Shown piece after piece: positions 62,810 through 64,000 of a DNA stretch of 64,000 nucleotides; position 1 is the first letter of the stretch; every line of letters starts with the position of its first letter. The DNA is from Mobula birostris. Taxonomy: Eukaryota. The DNA is taken from contig NC_092383.1 in assembly GCF_030028105.1 (NCBI RefSeq), positions 86,695,921-86,759,920 on the forward strand, written 5' to 3'. A model generated the notes under the pieces. It worked only from the letters and a program-made list of their open reading frames with translations, was not told where the DNA came from and did not search any database. A program made the translations under genes and the position numbers.

Positions 62810-64000
62810 ACAGTATAAAAATAAAAGAGAAGTATAACATAGCAAAGACGAGTGGGAAGCCGGAGGATTGGGAAACTTTTAACAAGCAACAGAAGGTAAC
62901 TAAAAAGGCAATACGCGGAGAAAAAATGAGGTATGAAGGTAAACTAGCCGAGAATATAAAGGAGGATAGTAAAAACTTCTTTAGGTATGTGAAATGGAAA
63001 AAAAATAGTTAAGACCAAAATTGGGCCCTTGAAGACAGAAGTGGGTGAATTTATTATGGGGAACAAGGAAATGGTAGACAAGTTGAACAAGTACTTTGGA
63101 TCTGTCTTCACCAGGGAAGACACAAACAATCTCCCAGATATAATAGTGGCCAAAGGACCTAGGGTAATGGATGAACTGAAGGAAATTTATATTAGGCAGG
63201 AAATGGTGTTGGATAGACTGTTGGGTCTGAAGGCTGATAAGTCCCCGGAATTTGATTGTCTGCATCCCAGGGTACTTAAGGAGGTGGCTTTAGAAATCGT
63301 GGACGCATTGGTAATCATTTTCCAATGTTCTATAGATTCAGGATCAGTTCCTGGGGACTGGAGGGTGGCTAATGTTGTCCCTCTCTTCAAGAAGGGAGGA
63401 AGGGAGAAAACAGGGAATTATAGACCAGTTAGCCTGACGTCGGTGGTGGTAAAGTTGCTGGAGTCAATTATAAAAGATGAAATTATGACACATCGGGATA
63501 GCAGTAACAGGATCGGTCCGAGTCAGCATGGATTTACGAAGGGAAAATCGTGCTTGACTAATCTTCTGGAATTTTTTGAGGATGTAACTATGAAAATGGA
63601 CAAGGGAGAGCCAGTGGATGTAGTGTACCCGGACTTTCAGAAAGCCTTTGATAAAGTCCCACATAGGAGATTAGTGGGCAAAATTAGGGCACATGGTATT
63701 GGGGGCAGAGTACTGACATGGATTGAAAATTGGCTGGCTGACAGAAAACAAAGAGTAGCGATTAATGGGTCCCTTTCGGAATGGTAGGCGGTGACCAGTG
63801 GGGTACCGCAGGGTTCAGTGCTGGGACCGCAGCTGTTTACAATATATATTAATGATTTAGATGAGGGAATTAAAAGTAACATTAGCAAATTTGCCGATGA
63901 CACAAAGCTGGGTGGCAGTGTTAAATGTGAGGAGGATGTTATGAGAATGCAGGGTGACTTGGACAGGCTGGGTGAGTGGGCAGATGCATGGCAGATGCAG
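62810..64000 (+). mobile_element. Young CR1 ORF2 (RT), running off the window
   Basis: 252-aa ORF with KSP..D.LHPRVLKE, NYRPVSLTS, QHGFTKGKSCLTNL and DFQKAFDKVPH; after a single TAG the frame continues [13 protein letters not shown]...FADDTK. Confidence 0.95.

Noticed and set aside
63029-63787. 252-aa ORF, the longest in the track
   Set aside because: It is a CR1 reverse transcriptase fragment ending at a point stop, not a host gene.

Overview
Vertebrate genomic DNA, most likely a cartilaginous fish (ray/shark), inferred from the repeat complement (CR1, Rex1/Babar, L1/Tx1, Penelope-like, Tc1 derivatives, V-SINEs) and from the gene family. Most intronic and intergenic sequence is decayed transposon. 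The informative content is a cluster of three paralogous Ig-superfamily immune-type receptor genes that combine a CD300/pIgR-type V domain with a C2-type domain; the closest precedent I know is the skate MDIR family. Gene A (+, 6592-15881, leader not found in window) reads V-C2-short stalk-TM. Its TM has a YTVxxLxR motif and almost no tail, so it is predicted activating. Gene B (-, 44766-23682) can be assembled completely by hand with consistent splice phases: leader-V-V-C2-stalk-TM-cytoplasmic tail, about 500 aa, with ITIM/ITSM motifs, so it is predicted inhibitory. Gene C (+, from 52911) has leader-V-C2 and presumably continues beyond the window. A and B are tail-to-tail, while B and C are head-to-head with homologous proximal promoters. 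The V domains show signs of sequence exchange and of localized divergence. All alignments and mismatch counts were done by eye, and repeat boundaries are approximate.
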